From positions 10,292,001 through 10,356,000 of the forward strand of contig OZ059896.1 of assembly GCA_964057225.1 (NCBI GenBank): 64,000 bases of DNA. The letters run 5' to 3'. Positions 1 to 12,933 of the stretch are shown here, piece after piece; within the stretch, counting starts at the first letter, position 1; each line of letters opens with the position of its first letter. The position numbers and the translations under genes were made by a program. The stretch is from Auanema rhodensis. Its lineage: Eukaryota > Animalia > Nematoda. The notes under the pieces are model-generated. The model was not told where the DNA came from, made no database searches, and saw only the letters and a list, made by a program, of their open reading frames with translations.

Positions 1-1743
1 AGAAGAATCCTATTAAAGAAAATTAAATGAACAAAACTATTTTAAAATTACCTTTCTAGCCATTCCAAACATTTCTTCCACAAACAGCATATTTTCATCA
101 GATGAACCAATAACTGTTGTCTAATACAAGTTTGTTAACTTAATAATATATTAACAAAAACCTTGGGAGGAGGTGGACGTGCCGGAGGAGCACTTTTCTT
201 CTCAGGTTCGAGCCATGTTTCTCCAAATGTTGCCCATTCGTGTTTCGATGGAGCTAAATTAAATTATATGAATATAATTGAAACTTAAAACAAAGATGCT
301 CTTTCGTTACTAACCTAAGGACGGTATTGATGGGGGCTGTTCAATACGAGTAGAAGTTCTCCAATCAGGTACCGATGCTGGAGCAGTGAAAGATTGATTG
401 TTAAGCGTTGTAAACTTAATAAAATTTCCATAGTAGAATTTAGATTTTAAAAATTACTGTTTGATCTGCTGTAAACAATTTACTGTTTCTATTTCCTATT
501 TCTTCATCCTCGTCATCAAGATATAATTCCAAAAATGCAATAGGAACTATCCCAGAAATATCAGTATTGGGATCACGGCATTTAACCCAATCCGCATTTA
601 TCTAAAACCATTTGTACTACATCAGTTGTAAGCAGAAAACAAAATTACAAACCATCTCGAGAACTCTAACACTATCACCCATATGAATTGTAAGTTCATC
701 TTTTTGGCGACCCTCAAAATCGTGTCGCACTATGGCAAAACTATAATAGAAATAATAGAAATAAAATAGCTGATTTGTAATTAGGTAAATTTACCCGATT
801 CCATCTCCAGCAGAACTACTGCGTTTTTGTTGAGTCGATGTATCTCCTTTTAAAGAAACAACTATTTGAACATATGATTCGGGGAACATCCCAATTTTTC
901 CGCTTAAAGTTCCTTCTAACCAATCGGAATCTATTCTACGAGTTAGATGAATTATGTCATCAGCTTGAAACGATAGTTCACTTCCAAATTGCCCTCTGAA
1001 TGAATATATGTATATGTATAGAATTTATATTCTTTATATTCTTACGAAAAGGGATATATAGCTCTAGCATAAGGCATGACTTCACCGTCTCGAAACCGAA
1101 CATCGTTAGCAAAGTCTGTGGTGAAAGAAGTAGGTAAAGAAGTAGCAGATTGCGCAGGAGCTTGAAAGCCTGTCAGCTATAATAACCATCGTCATTAATA
1201 TTAAAAAATATAAAGACTACCGGTTTTACGTAAGTTGAAGGAAAGGTTCCACTCGCTCCTAATCGTTTACCTGTGTCTGTAACTGCACAGCCTTTAAACC
1301 AACCTTCCGATTCTACAGACTCTACTACTGAAACTCATTTACAAGTTTAAAATGTCGGCAAATTTAGCCAGTACCTAATACACAATATGTTTGAAACGAA
1401 ATGTCTGCTTCATTCTGTGCATCGAATTGAGCTATAGAGCAATAAGCGCTTTCAGATGGGTTTCTTCAATTGATAAATTGAGATATTCTTTAAATATAAA
1501 TTAGAGATGTGTTACCTCAAAGGATTATTTATAGGAGTAACTAGAACTTTGGGAACACGGCCATCAGATCCATCCAAAGTTTCTACTGTGAGCCTGCACT
1601 CGAAACTTTCACTAATATAATACAAAGCAAACTAACCAATCACCCTTATTGCCTATAACTTTTACAACTTGATCCTGAGCAAAAGATGTGTGAGTAACAG
1701 GGTCTTCAACTCCATTAGATACTCGGACCCAGTTGTCTCCCAT
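1..1743 (-). CDS. Multi-SH3-domain adaptor protein (SH3D19-like), spliced, 3' end runs off the window
   Basis: Stitched exons give repeated SH3 signatures (AQFDAQNEADISF...EGWFKG...GTFP; ARAIYPF...SELSFQADDIIHLTRRIDSDWLEGTLSGKIGMFP; VRHDFEGRQKDELTIHMGDSVRV) followed by a Pro-rich APPARPPPP segment. Probable start MGDNWV at 1743. Confidence 0.75.
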
Positions 1744-2289
1744 TAGAGTAACAGAAAACTAAACTTTTCCATTCATAATTTCAATATAAATCAATATATA
1801 TTCGCGTGTTAAATACTTCGGAGATTTTGATAACTATTCATAATAAATACAAGCCATCATAAGACGATAACAATATTTACCCTTGATTAAATTGACTTAG
1901 ACATTAGAATAACGTAAAAAAGTAATAAGAAATGCAAATTTTCCTGAATATTCCCAGTAAAACTTCATAAAACTGGCAAAATAATGATGGATAAAAATAT
2001 TATAACAAAAACAATATTTATATGATTAATTTTAACTATGTAAAAATGAAGCAGATTTCATTTTTACTTTAAACGACAAGCCTATGCGACCAGAGATAAT
2101 ATCACATTCAATGTCGAAAGGGCATCGATTTTTGTTTGGGCTATGCTGCACGCAAATTACGAAGCACGTAGTGGAGTGAAATATAACAAAATATTAATAT
2201 ATTAGATAATTAATTAAAGAGGACGATGATATATCAAGAAAAATCAATAGATAGTCGCAGTACAAAAAACAGTTGCAATGATATAAGTT

Positions 2290-4136
2290 TTAATTGTTTT
2301 TATTTGTTGCTTTGATTTCCTTAAGCTCAGCTTCCTCTTCATTTGTAGCAACAGGTTGATGCTTGGTGCTAAATACATTGTATTCATAATTTATGTCATA
2401 TAAATTGAATTTGTGATACCGATATGGATAAAGACTGTATACGAAAACTGCTCCAATTACAAATGTAGCTCCAACTAAGAAAAATACTGTAGGACGGAAG
2501 TCAAACAGGAAGAATGCTAGGACACAGTTAAGCACAATGGCAAACGAAGTAGCAAAAGCCTGAAATGATAATTTTTAAAAGAGTATCTTGCTTATAGGGT
2601 ACTTTTAGAATGTTGTCAGCGTATTTGATAACGACAGCTACGACAAGCCCTCCGAATGCAGAAATTCCAATAGTTACCCAAACTGCCCAATCGAACCCTC
2701 GCATCATGTTTGTGAAAATTGAAACAGGGTTAACTCCATCTTGGAAAATGGTTGAATTATCTTTCACCTGAAAACCGAGAAAAAAATTTTCAAATTCTTT
2801 TTTAATATTACAAAAGCGAATAGAAGAGCGAAGACAATAGATGGTAGAGCAAGCTGAATATTTCTAATCCAAATAGAAACGTTTGACCCCTTGAGAATTT
2901 TTTCGAAATAAATTCCAGCAAATCCAGAAAGAACGCATGCCACCAGAACTGCTAAGAAACCTGAAATATGTTTTGTGTGAATTGTTAAACAACATGAGTC
3001 GCATATCAATCACGATTATTCATGGTAAATTGTTTCTCTAAGCTAGACATGTATTACAAAGACTGAATAATCGGGTCAAAGGAAGGTGAAAAGCGGCTTA
3101 TCTTTTCACGACATCAGATGAACTTCGATAACATAATAGAACAGAAAAGACATGTCCCTTACCCATAACTGAATTCTGCTCATGAACTTCTCTTTTAGGT
3201 CTTGACGAACTTTCGGTTATAGATTCAAAGCCGTCCTTCAATAAAGACTAAAAAAAATATTAAGTATTTCAACTTTAAAGCCAAAATACCGCCATTGTCA
3301 TTGGTACAGTAGGTTCTGGAGTTGTTGTGACTTTAAACTCGGAAGTCAAGTTCAGCGTAGGTAGAGTAAGATTAGCATTAGTTAGTCGTTCACGGTCATT
3401 TGATATTTTTTGATCCTAAAAATTCAGAAGATTTGGAAAAAATTTTTAAACTGAAACTGACATATTGTACAACGGCAACACCAGCAAAAAGGAAGAGAAG
3501 AGCAACCCATTGCTGTATGGACAATTTTCTATTAAGGACGAAAACAGTGAAAATAGCTGTTGTTAAAATTTTTAACTGATATGTGACCTAAACACAAATT
3601 GAATATTCATGGAATTCAACATTTTAAAAATATATTAAGAGGATATACCATATATGTGGCAGCAGGCAGATTTTCTACGGCCACATAAAGTAAAAAATTT
3701 TGAATTGTGTATACCACTGCTGGAACTAAAACTTTGACAGCATCCCTCCAATGATTAACATATTCGTCATAAATATAACGAAGTCCCCTAAATGTGGTAG
3801 ATATTTTGTATATAATGAAAAACAGCTAACTTGATTACACTACGCTCTTGGCAGATAACTAGAAAAATACTAGCAAAGAATTTGAAAATTTCAGCATAAA
3901 ACACAGAAATAGCCTGTGTAATACATAATTATTTTAATAAAATGTGTGAACAAAGGATACTTTCAAAAACTTGGGACGATTTCCGGTCATTACGAATCGC
4001 ATAAAGAGCACCAAGGATGTGTTTTGGAGAACCAGAACACCCAAAGATGCATATTTGATTATTTTATCACCTGTAAAATAAAGATATCTCATAGTTTAGA
4101 AATAATATTATTACTTTTGCTAGCCGTTGATGCCAT
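2290..4136 (-). CDS. nstp-5: Nucleotide-sugar transporter (SLC35A family), nstp-5/ZK896.9-like
   Basis: Exons encode [63 protein letters not shown] and [17 protein letters not shown], plus a long Thr/Pro-rich loop (DQKISNDRE...). The paralog name is recalled from C. elegans and is less sure than the family call. Confidence 0.8.
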
Positions 4137-4819
4137 CTATACTGGAACACAAGCCACAGACTCTGAAAACCGACAGAACAGTAAACGTGATAAGACCAGG
4201 GTTAATCCCTTCGTATGATCTTTATATTGCCGTAAACCAGACGTTGTTGGCAAATACAATAAAAGAGAGGATGGGAAAAGGGAAAGAAAGAGGGAGGATA
4301 GAATTTACGATCAAAGGACAGAATTTGAAAATCAAAAAAGAATTATAACAGTACACGTGTTAGTTTAAGATAGTGGACAACGTTAGCACATTGAAATAAA
4401 CATGAAAAATACTAAAATAATCTCGTAAAATAAATTTATAAGTAATAATAAACAAATTCAGTAGTTTGGCAAGCAATTGCATAGTAAATCACAGATAACC
4501 CAAAATTATGACATAAAACAGTTGTAAAATTGCAAAAAGAAAATAAAGCTGTTTAAAGTTACTTTCTGGCTGAAGAATCTAATAATTTCTAAAAAGGAAA
4601 CATATTGCTTCTTACTCGATCAATGAGAGCGGTTGACTTATACATTATCATATAGGTTTACAATAAAAAGCCAAGAAATTGCATCAACAGGAACAAAAGT
4701 GTAACAATTGTTCAGAACTACTCGCGTTGAAACAAACTTTGAACATATAACTGGTAATTCTAAAAGTTACATGCTGTAGAAAGCCCATGTTTTAATTAAA
4801 TTAAATAAGTTTGGAATAT

Positions 4820-6110
4820 CTACACGCATACATTTTTTCGGATCATTTTGATGTTAACCAAAAGAGACTGAGAAGAGCTGTACATAAAAATACTTAATAT
4901 TACAAGAAGTGCCCCTATGCTAAACAGTAGAGAAGGCTGGAAACCGAATAAATAAATAGATCCTATCGTGGACAAAATTATAGCGACTGAAGTTGCAAAA
5001 TTTTTAGCAATGTTATCAGCGTATTTAATGCAAACTGCAACAGAGAGACCTGAAACATTTAGATGTATTTTTTTCATTATTTTAGATAGATGTAATACAA
5101 GTCCTTACCTCCAATTCCATACCATAGCACAGTCAGCCACACAACCCAATCAAACCCATACAGCAAGCCATGCTCTTTTACAAAATCTCCATCCTATTAT
5201 TACATGAATTTAGATTATTTTTTTTTACTTGCCTGTAAGAAAACTCCTAAAAACGATGCAGGAATAGAGAAAACTCCCATTTGAATATTTCGCATCCATA
5301 AGGATACAGGAGCAGAACCTTTAAGTATCTTTTCGAAATAGATACCGGCAAAACCAGACAAACAACATGCAATAATTACAGCCATAAATCCTAAAGGATA
5401 ATAAAATTATAAACAATTACTTTAATGAGTATAACCTATAAATGGTTTTTGATGTGAGTTACCAGAGCTGTCAGAACTGGATGGTTGTAGCTGGACCAGT
5501 GAGACTCCAATGAACAAAACTCCCAGGGCACACCTTAAAAAGAAAACATAATAATAAACAGTACTTTGCACAAACCATTGACTGTTTGTCAGAGATCGAC
5601 GTAAGATTATAACAGTGAAGATTGCTGCAGTAAAAATTTTGAATTGTGAAGTGATCTGAGGAAAGTTATTATTACATTCTCGTCGAAAATTAATTTTAAA
5701 ATTACCATGAAAGTAGCAGCATCTAAATGGGTGGCAGCTACGTAGAATAGATTGTTCTGAACGATATATATCATCGCCGGAATGCATACTTTGAGAGTAT
5801 CCCTTGGTTGCCTAACAACTTGATTCATAAGAGCAGATGTAAACCTAAAAATATTTTGAATGTTTCCAATTATTTGAATATGTATACTTTCTAGGAGTTT
5901 CTTCTCTTGCTATCAATGCTAAGCACATAAGCGCTTTGATGACTTCAGTAAGGAAAACGGCAACAGTAGAAATAAACATTTCATCAACTTCACGAGCACG
6001 AGAATACCTTTAAGCTATGATTAGATACACTAAATCTTTAGAAAAAACCTTATAAGAAGAGTATGAATACTATTTTGAAGGGTCAACCAAATTAAAATTG
6101 CAGTTCTCAT
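4820..6110 (-). CDS. srf-3: UDP-Gal/UDP-GlcNAc transporter SRF-3
   Basis: [28 protein letters not shown]..., [23 protein letters not shown] and [30 protein letters not shown] closely match C. elegans SRF-3. Contains one GC-AG intron (5194-5232). An extra upstream exon is possible. Confidence 0.92.
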
Positions 6111-6769
6111 GCTCGATTGTCCTGTGTGCTCACGCCCAACAGTTAAACGCTTACCCTATTAATTAAACAATGAATTACAAGTATGGAACATAAAAGAAGA
6201 TTAGTGAAATTTTTAGAAGAATGGATTCAGGAATCGTAAGTAGTGAATGACTAATCTATATTGAAATCTAGATACATAGAGCCACATAATGATTGCGATG
6301 AGATAAAATCGCAAACTTAGTGACATTTATAAGAATCTAGTTCGAAGAAAGAACTTAGAGGCTGGGTTCAATAAGAAAATAATTTTCTAATGACTCATCT
6401 CAAGTTTCTACACCTTTATGATTACAATTTCACGTACACATACCTCAATTTGATGAAGTAAAGGTAACTTATCAGGATGGGATGGTGGCTTCTCCATAGT
6501 ATGGCTAAAAATAAAATATGCATGCAAAAAAAAACTAGAATAAGACAAAGCAGACGATTGCAGAGTATATATGAAAGCGTATTAGAACAAGTTGTGTCTG
6601 TTAACAGTCGTAGCAAGACATTACATTGAACTAGAACAAACCGACAATGAATAAATACATGTGCCACGTAACACAACGCTGCGAGCATGCAGCTGCACAA
6701 ACATTTTTTGAATACAATATATAACGAATATTTATACCTAACACAATAAACTGGTTACTTTTAAGATTC

Positions 6770-8829
6770 CTAGGAAATATGAATATAAGGATTAAGCTTT
6801 GATTTGCCATTCGAGGGATCGATCAACTTCTTAACTATGTAATTTCTGTTCCTGCGACAAGACGGTCCGCACTTATACCCTTAAAAGTAATTTCGTATTA
6901 ATCATGAGAGTATTAATCTTACCTTTACATTTGAAACAAATAGGAAAGCAACCTGTACAACTGAGATCCAAGCAATCACAAATATCTTTTCGCAAAGACC
7001 CAACTATTAAACTTCCTTCAGCATCGTGTTTCATGATATTGTTCTCTTCAAACCGCACAGTTAGTACTTTCGAAACTAAATCTCAAACTCACGAGTTGTT
7101 CTAGAAGAAGCTCTACATCTATTATTCAAATTTATGGCGCCCAGACTCTCATTATCTAGAGAACTTTCTTGATCTGTACAACTTCTATAGTCTGCAGAAT
7201 TCTCATTTATATCTTTCAGTCTCTGTTCCTGCGAGTGTAAGCTATTACTTTCTTTAATAATATAATATATTCAAATATTATAATATAATTTTACGATTTT
7301 TCTCATTAGAAATAGCTCTACTGTTCCTATTCACATTTGTGACAGCCTCAGCAGATTCTTCCCTTTCTGTATAGTTTTTATCATCGTTTGAGCTTTCGGC
7401 ACTAGAGGTTCGATATATTCTCAAACTTTCATACCGAACTTTACGGTGTCGTTTCTGTCTGATATTGTTTCCTTTAAAATAAATAAAATAATTTAGCCAT
7501 TCAGTGATGTCTCACGTTCAATTGTTGAGGAACCAGTTCCACTCCTAGTATTCAATACAACAGCAGAAAAATTATCATCTTCTGTACAACTATTGTCTTC
7601 TGTAGAACCCTCGTCTGTTGAACTTCCACTTAGCACTATCTTCGACTTTTTCTTCCAACTCACAACTTTTTTATCTTCAAAACAGTAAAGAATTTTCAAG
7701 TTATTTATCAGCTTCCTACTCTTCTTTGACCCAGAACCAACCCTGCTTCTGGTATTCAATCCAACAGCAGACGAACTCTCATCTATGGAATTCACATTTA
7801 TATCTTTCCGTCCCTGTTTCGGCAGCCACGCGCTAGGATTTTCTTTAATAATAAAAGATATTGAAATATTATGATAAAATATTACGATTTTGTACATTAG
7901 AAGCAGCTGTATTTCTCTTATTCAATTTTGTGGCCGCAACATAACAGTCGTCCTTTGTATAATCTTCGCTGTCTGTATACATTTTATTATCGTTTGAGCT
8001 TTCTTCACTAGAGCTTCGATCTATTCTTACACTTCTGTGCGTAGCTTTGCGCTGTCGTTTCTCTCTGATACTGTTTCCTTTAAAATAAATAAAAATTTTT
8101 AAATTATTCATTAGCTCCCTACGTTTCATCGATCCAGTGTCACCTCTACTTCCAGTATTCAATCCAACTGCAGATGAACTGTCATCTTCTGTGGAACTAG
8201 TTATTACTCTACGTCGTAGTCTCATTGAGCTCAAGCTATTATTTTCTTCAAGACGAGAAATAGTTTGATGCGTCTTACGCATCTTACGTTGTTCAACTAT
8301 AGATGAAGTCAAACTCCTTTTTCGAAAGCTTGTCCTGATGAATTTTCCATCTTCTGCTGCATTCTTGTCATCAGTAGAATTGCTGCGGGTTACTTTTCGC
8401 CAACGACTTAAAACACTCATTTTCTTTCCAATAACAAATACTATTCAAATACTTTCGAATTGTCTTACGTTGGGTTGCAGCTGACATATCTCGTTCATCT
8501 GCACTCCAATTTGATATATCTGAACTTTCACCCACAGAGGAACTTTGATGAATAATTTTACGCTGTCGTTTACCTTTAAAAACTTCACATGAAACCTCAA
8601 ATAATTATTAAATACTTACATTCAGGAGAACTATCGGAGATAGTTATAACTGCATTTAATACATTTCTGCATGACACATTTGAGTTGCTCACTTGCTTAG
8701 ACCTGTGGACGTGGCCGGTTCTTTGGCAGGTCCTTCTATCTGTAATGGTTTATCGATCAAACCATAACAGATTATTTATAATATTTACTTACTTATGGTG
8801 CTAATATTTTCTTTTTCACATTTTGACAT
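6770..8829 (-). CDS. ARL14EP/ARF7EP_C-domain protein (arle-14-like) with long Ser/Arg/Lys-rich repetitive N-terminal region
   Basis: C-terminal exons give HDAEGSL...[33 protein letters not shown], the ARL14EP cysteine motif. Start MSKCEKEN at 8829, stop TAG at 6770. Confidence 0.75.
7190..8195. repeat. Diverged ~600 bp-offset duplication of exon+intron modules inside the ARL14EP-like gene
   Basis: About 7190-7590 aligns by eye with about 7782-8195 (e.g. tgtcgtttct.tctgata.tgtttcctttaaaataaataaaa in both). The peptide SAV(G/V)LNT(R/G)S occurs three times. Confidence 0.85.
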
Positions 8830-8994
8830 ATTTTACTAACTTATTCTTTATTTTAGTATGAATAATCAAGTATTGTAATCATGGGTAATCAGTAATTTAA
8901 CCGTTCTATTACAGTTGATTACGTTGAACAAGATGGATAAAACATTTATTACTAATAACTATAAATAATTAACAATAATGAAATGTTCAATAAA

Positions 8995-9457
8995 TTATGA
9001 CAAGAACGAAACCCATGGTGGAATAATGGGCTGAGGATTTTGAAGATAACTCATGACAACAGCAGAAACAGACAACCTGGAAAAATATATAACTTTTTTT
9101 AAATGTTTGACAAAAACATACATGAAACTGCTTAAAATTTGCTTAGTATCATCAATATTCCTTGTATTGGCATAGCTAACGCATGAGCATACTAGAGCAA
9201 CCCAAGCAGACCACTTCATCTGCACAAAACACATAACGTAAAAACATCGGAGTTTCACTTACTCTGAGCATAAGCCCTAACATGGAGAAAATCATGCCAA
9301 GCACATTCATATACTCTGGTAAGGCATCTTCACCTGAGGGAGGATTCGCCTGTGGATCCACTGGTTTATATCTAAAACAATATGTGGCTGATGATATATT
9401 TTTTAAAAATTGCCTAATAATTTTAGAAGCCTTTCTTGGTCCGTTTGCTGCCTGCAT
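8995..9457 (-). CDS. Protein Asterix / PAT complex subunit (WDR83OS/PAT10 ortholog)
   Basis: [21 protein letters not shown]...[38 protein letters not shown]...[28 protein letters not shown] trans-splice-type acceptor immediately before the ATG. First intron is GC-AG. Confidence 0.93.
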
Positions 9458-9800
9458 CTGAAAAGTTAAAAAATAATTAATATAAATCGGTAGAGAGAGA
9501 AAAAGAAACGCTAACATACAACCAATAATCATAAAAAAGATTATACCAACTTTGGAGCAAGCCTGTGTGCTGACGCAAACTCAGTGTTTCATACTTTGCG
9601 TATACACGGTAGGTGGTTGGGTAAATATCACGTTCTATTCAGTTTCTCTGCTATTTCTAGATTGTAGTCCGATTAACGACGTCTGTTTATATATTCATTT
9701 TTGCAATTTATAGAATTGTTGAATACTTAAACTTCATTCTGATTAGAGCAAAACAATAATTAGTGGCCATTTTCTATAAGTTCTTTTTTTCTATTATATC

Positions 9801-12578
9801 ATGGATGATTCGTTGGAAGATGGTGAAATACTTGATGATGATGATGATCATAGTACAATGTTGGTATAATGGCCCATTTTGCTTGTTTATTTCATGTTCA
9901 TGTGCATAATATTTCTTTGTAGAATTTTGCCTACAACATCTTCTGATTCGAAAGATAAGGAGAGTGAAATTGATAGGATCGTAGAAGAAAGCAAGGTTAG
10001 TCTTATATGTTTTATATATCAGATTTAAACGTTTAGTCCTGGAATGAACGGTCAGGTAAAACTGGCAAACCTAAGAACACTTCTGAACCTCTAGTGGAGG
10101 TAAATTTAGAGTAAGCATGCTGATGTAATTGTTACTGTTCTTTCAGCCAATAGTAGAAGATTCAGAGATACGCGCATTACGTTTAGCAGCTTTAGGAACA
10201 TTAGGAAAAACAGTTAAAGAAAAACTTGTCTTTCCTTCAAGTACCACTCGTAAACGAAAAAGCAGAGACTCAGAAAATGAATCATCAAACAAAAGTTAGA
10301 ATTTAAAAAAGTTTTTGTGAGCAAATTTTTCAACATTCAGTAAAGTCAACTCGTCATAAAACTGTTAATTCCAAATTGAACTCATCTTATCGTGACCGAG
10401 AGAAACTAGAATGCAAGAGTTTAAAGGAAAAAGATTCTGATCCTAAATCTAAGTTAAACAAGTCCGCTCCCGTTGAACATGCAAGGAGTAAGAGTCCAAA
10501 AGGTAAAGTTTCTACTAAGTTTCATTACAAAATTTTTTGTTTAGCTGTTATCAGTCGAGAAGAAAAAGAAGAGTCAAAGTAATTTCAATAGTTATTTTCT
10601 GTAAGTTTTATTTTATTTAGGACTTCTAGATCCAGAGTTACTGCTGATATGGTGCTGGGTGAAGAAAACAGGCATATAATTGCGGTATTTTAATTACATT
10701 ATCACTAAATTTTACTTTTTCGTTCCAGTCAAAACTGAGTGTTAGTCCCACTATTACTAATATTGAAGATAATTATGATAATGTTGGAATGGATATAGAC
10801 AGCAATAGCAGTGAGCCAGGTGAATAATATTATTGTTGTGGTTCTATATACATACTCTAGATTTTCACCAAAAACGAAATGAAGATGAGATTTGTCACCC
10901 TTCATCAATGAGTGTGGTAACTTCCTAATGAGATTTTCAGTATAGCAGAGTTTTCAAACAATTGTTTTAGGAACAGACGAAAGGAAAGATTTCGTCACAA
11001 AAATTCGGCATTTCTGACTCTGAAATTACGAGGACCATGTATAGGTGATTCATTTAATATAGTAGGGAATCTTAAAGTTTTATTAAGAAATAAATATGAG
11101 TCTCTAGAAAATCTAGATAAACTTGTTAAAGCTCGAATTGATGATATTGAAGAAACACTGGAAAAGAGGGATAAGCTGACGGTATGTACTAAATTGTGTA
11201 AAATTATTTTATGAAGTTTAGAGGGAGCTGGAAGATCTGACGAGCAAGTTGGAAATATATAAAAATGAATATGTTCGGGCTGTTGAAGAAAGAAATAATC
11301 TTAGGCAAGATTTATCTGAATACGAGGAAAGAAGAATAAATAAACTGCTATTTGGAGAGTATGTTTTAAAAACCGTAAATAAATTTTCACAAGTTATTCA
11401 GATCTGATATGAAACCATTGGACAGAAAACAAATTCATGCTGCTCCAAGTGAACAGAAAGAACTAAATGAGCAAATTCAAAATACTTCTATTGCAGTTGA
11501 AAATTTAGAAGTAACCCGATGGATATAAATGATTCAATGGTATAGTTTTGTTTTATAGGTCGATGACTCTATGAAATCAACAGATAGTTCAGTTAATGAT
11601 GAAGAACGACTTAGAAATAGTTTATTACGTAAATTTAAGTCTATTCAAGCTAACAAAGAAAAAGAGGTAAGATTAGTTATAATATTTATATATAGCCTGT
11701 AATTTGAATAAGTTACAGAATGCGAAGGACGATTCCTTTATTTCCAGAAAAACACATCAGTCCTCTATATCTAATAGTTTATCTCCTCTTGGTTCAAACG
11801 AGAGTGCTGACGAAGAAAATAGTAATAATTCATCATTTGCGAGCATTCGTGAATCTTTAGAGAATACTACGGTATCTAGGGACCTCAGTTATTCATTGGA
11901 CAGGTTATCTTCCTATTCTGAAAGGTCCCCAATTCTGAACGTTTAGTAATCGAGTTTTTCCTACTCGGTTTCTGCAACATCTTGGTTCAGTTGATCGAAA
12001 CCCATCGACAGAAGCATGCCCACATGAATTAATGGGAAGATGCAAAGATTATTCCTGTGCTTAGTGAGATTTTTCTATCAATATCTTTTAAACCTTGTCA
12101 TTCCTTAATAATCTTTTAGTCTACATTTACATGATCAAGACTTGGATGTTAGAGATCTCATTTTAATGTTCGTTCAGTTCATGTCTATTGGCAACCATGG
12201 GAGTAAGTAGCTATGCTACATACACTTTTTTAAATCATGTTTATAGATACTCGTAAGAAAGTAGACGATATGTTAGTTAAAAAAAAACATGACGAGACAG
12301 GTTATGAATTTTTTGTCCGTATGCTTCGGGGTAATTCAAAGACATCTTAGAACATGGCCTGTTAGTTAGCAACTTTTTTTTCAAAAAAATGAAATCCCAT
12401 TTAGGTCCATGTTTTGTTAACAAAGTGGTAAGTGATTAGAATTATAGTCCTGACTAGTTTTTTTCTGTAATTAACCTTCCCTTCAGTCGTTCAATTCTTG
12501 TTTTTTATTGTTACGGCTCGAAGCCAATCCATCATTTTGTCTTTAATTCAGAATTTCTCAAGGAAGAACATGGAGTAA
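9801..12578 (+). CDS. ZFC3H1/Red1-like zinc-finger protein (PAXT nuclear exosome adaptor-like), short form; 3' end uncertain
   Basis: N-terminal LEDGEI motif, LRLAALGT motif, EDNYDNVGMDIDS (cf. ZFC3H1 DNYEEVAMDTDS), a coiled coil, and a C3H1 finger CPHELMGRCKDYSCAYLH. Confidence 0.7.
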
Positions 12579-12933
12579 GCGCTCACCAAATCCGATTCCC
12601 TTGATTAACTGCTTCATTACTAAAGGCCACTTATTGCCTTATTACGTGTGAAATCTACGTGTATCATAGGATATTGTTGCCTATACACATATTCACTTAG
12701 GTTTTGTGTTTTCTAGCATGTTTTACTTGCAATATATAACATTGATAAATATATAATAATTTTACTGTTCATGTTACATATTAATATTCGCAAAGCAATT
12801 ATACCGCAGGAAAATTGTAAATACTGTTATATTTTCAAATATGACAACTGGGAAAAGTAGAACATTGATTAGATGTTTGGTGTATGACGAATATGAAGTT
12901 TGCTTTAGTATTTCATTCAGCATGATGCATATA

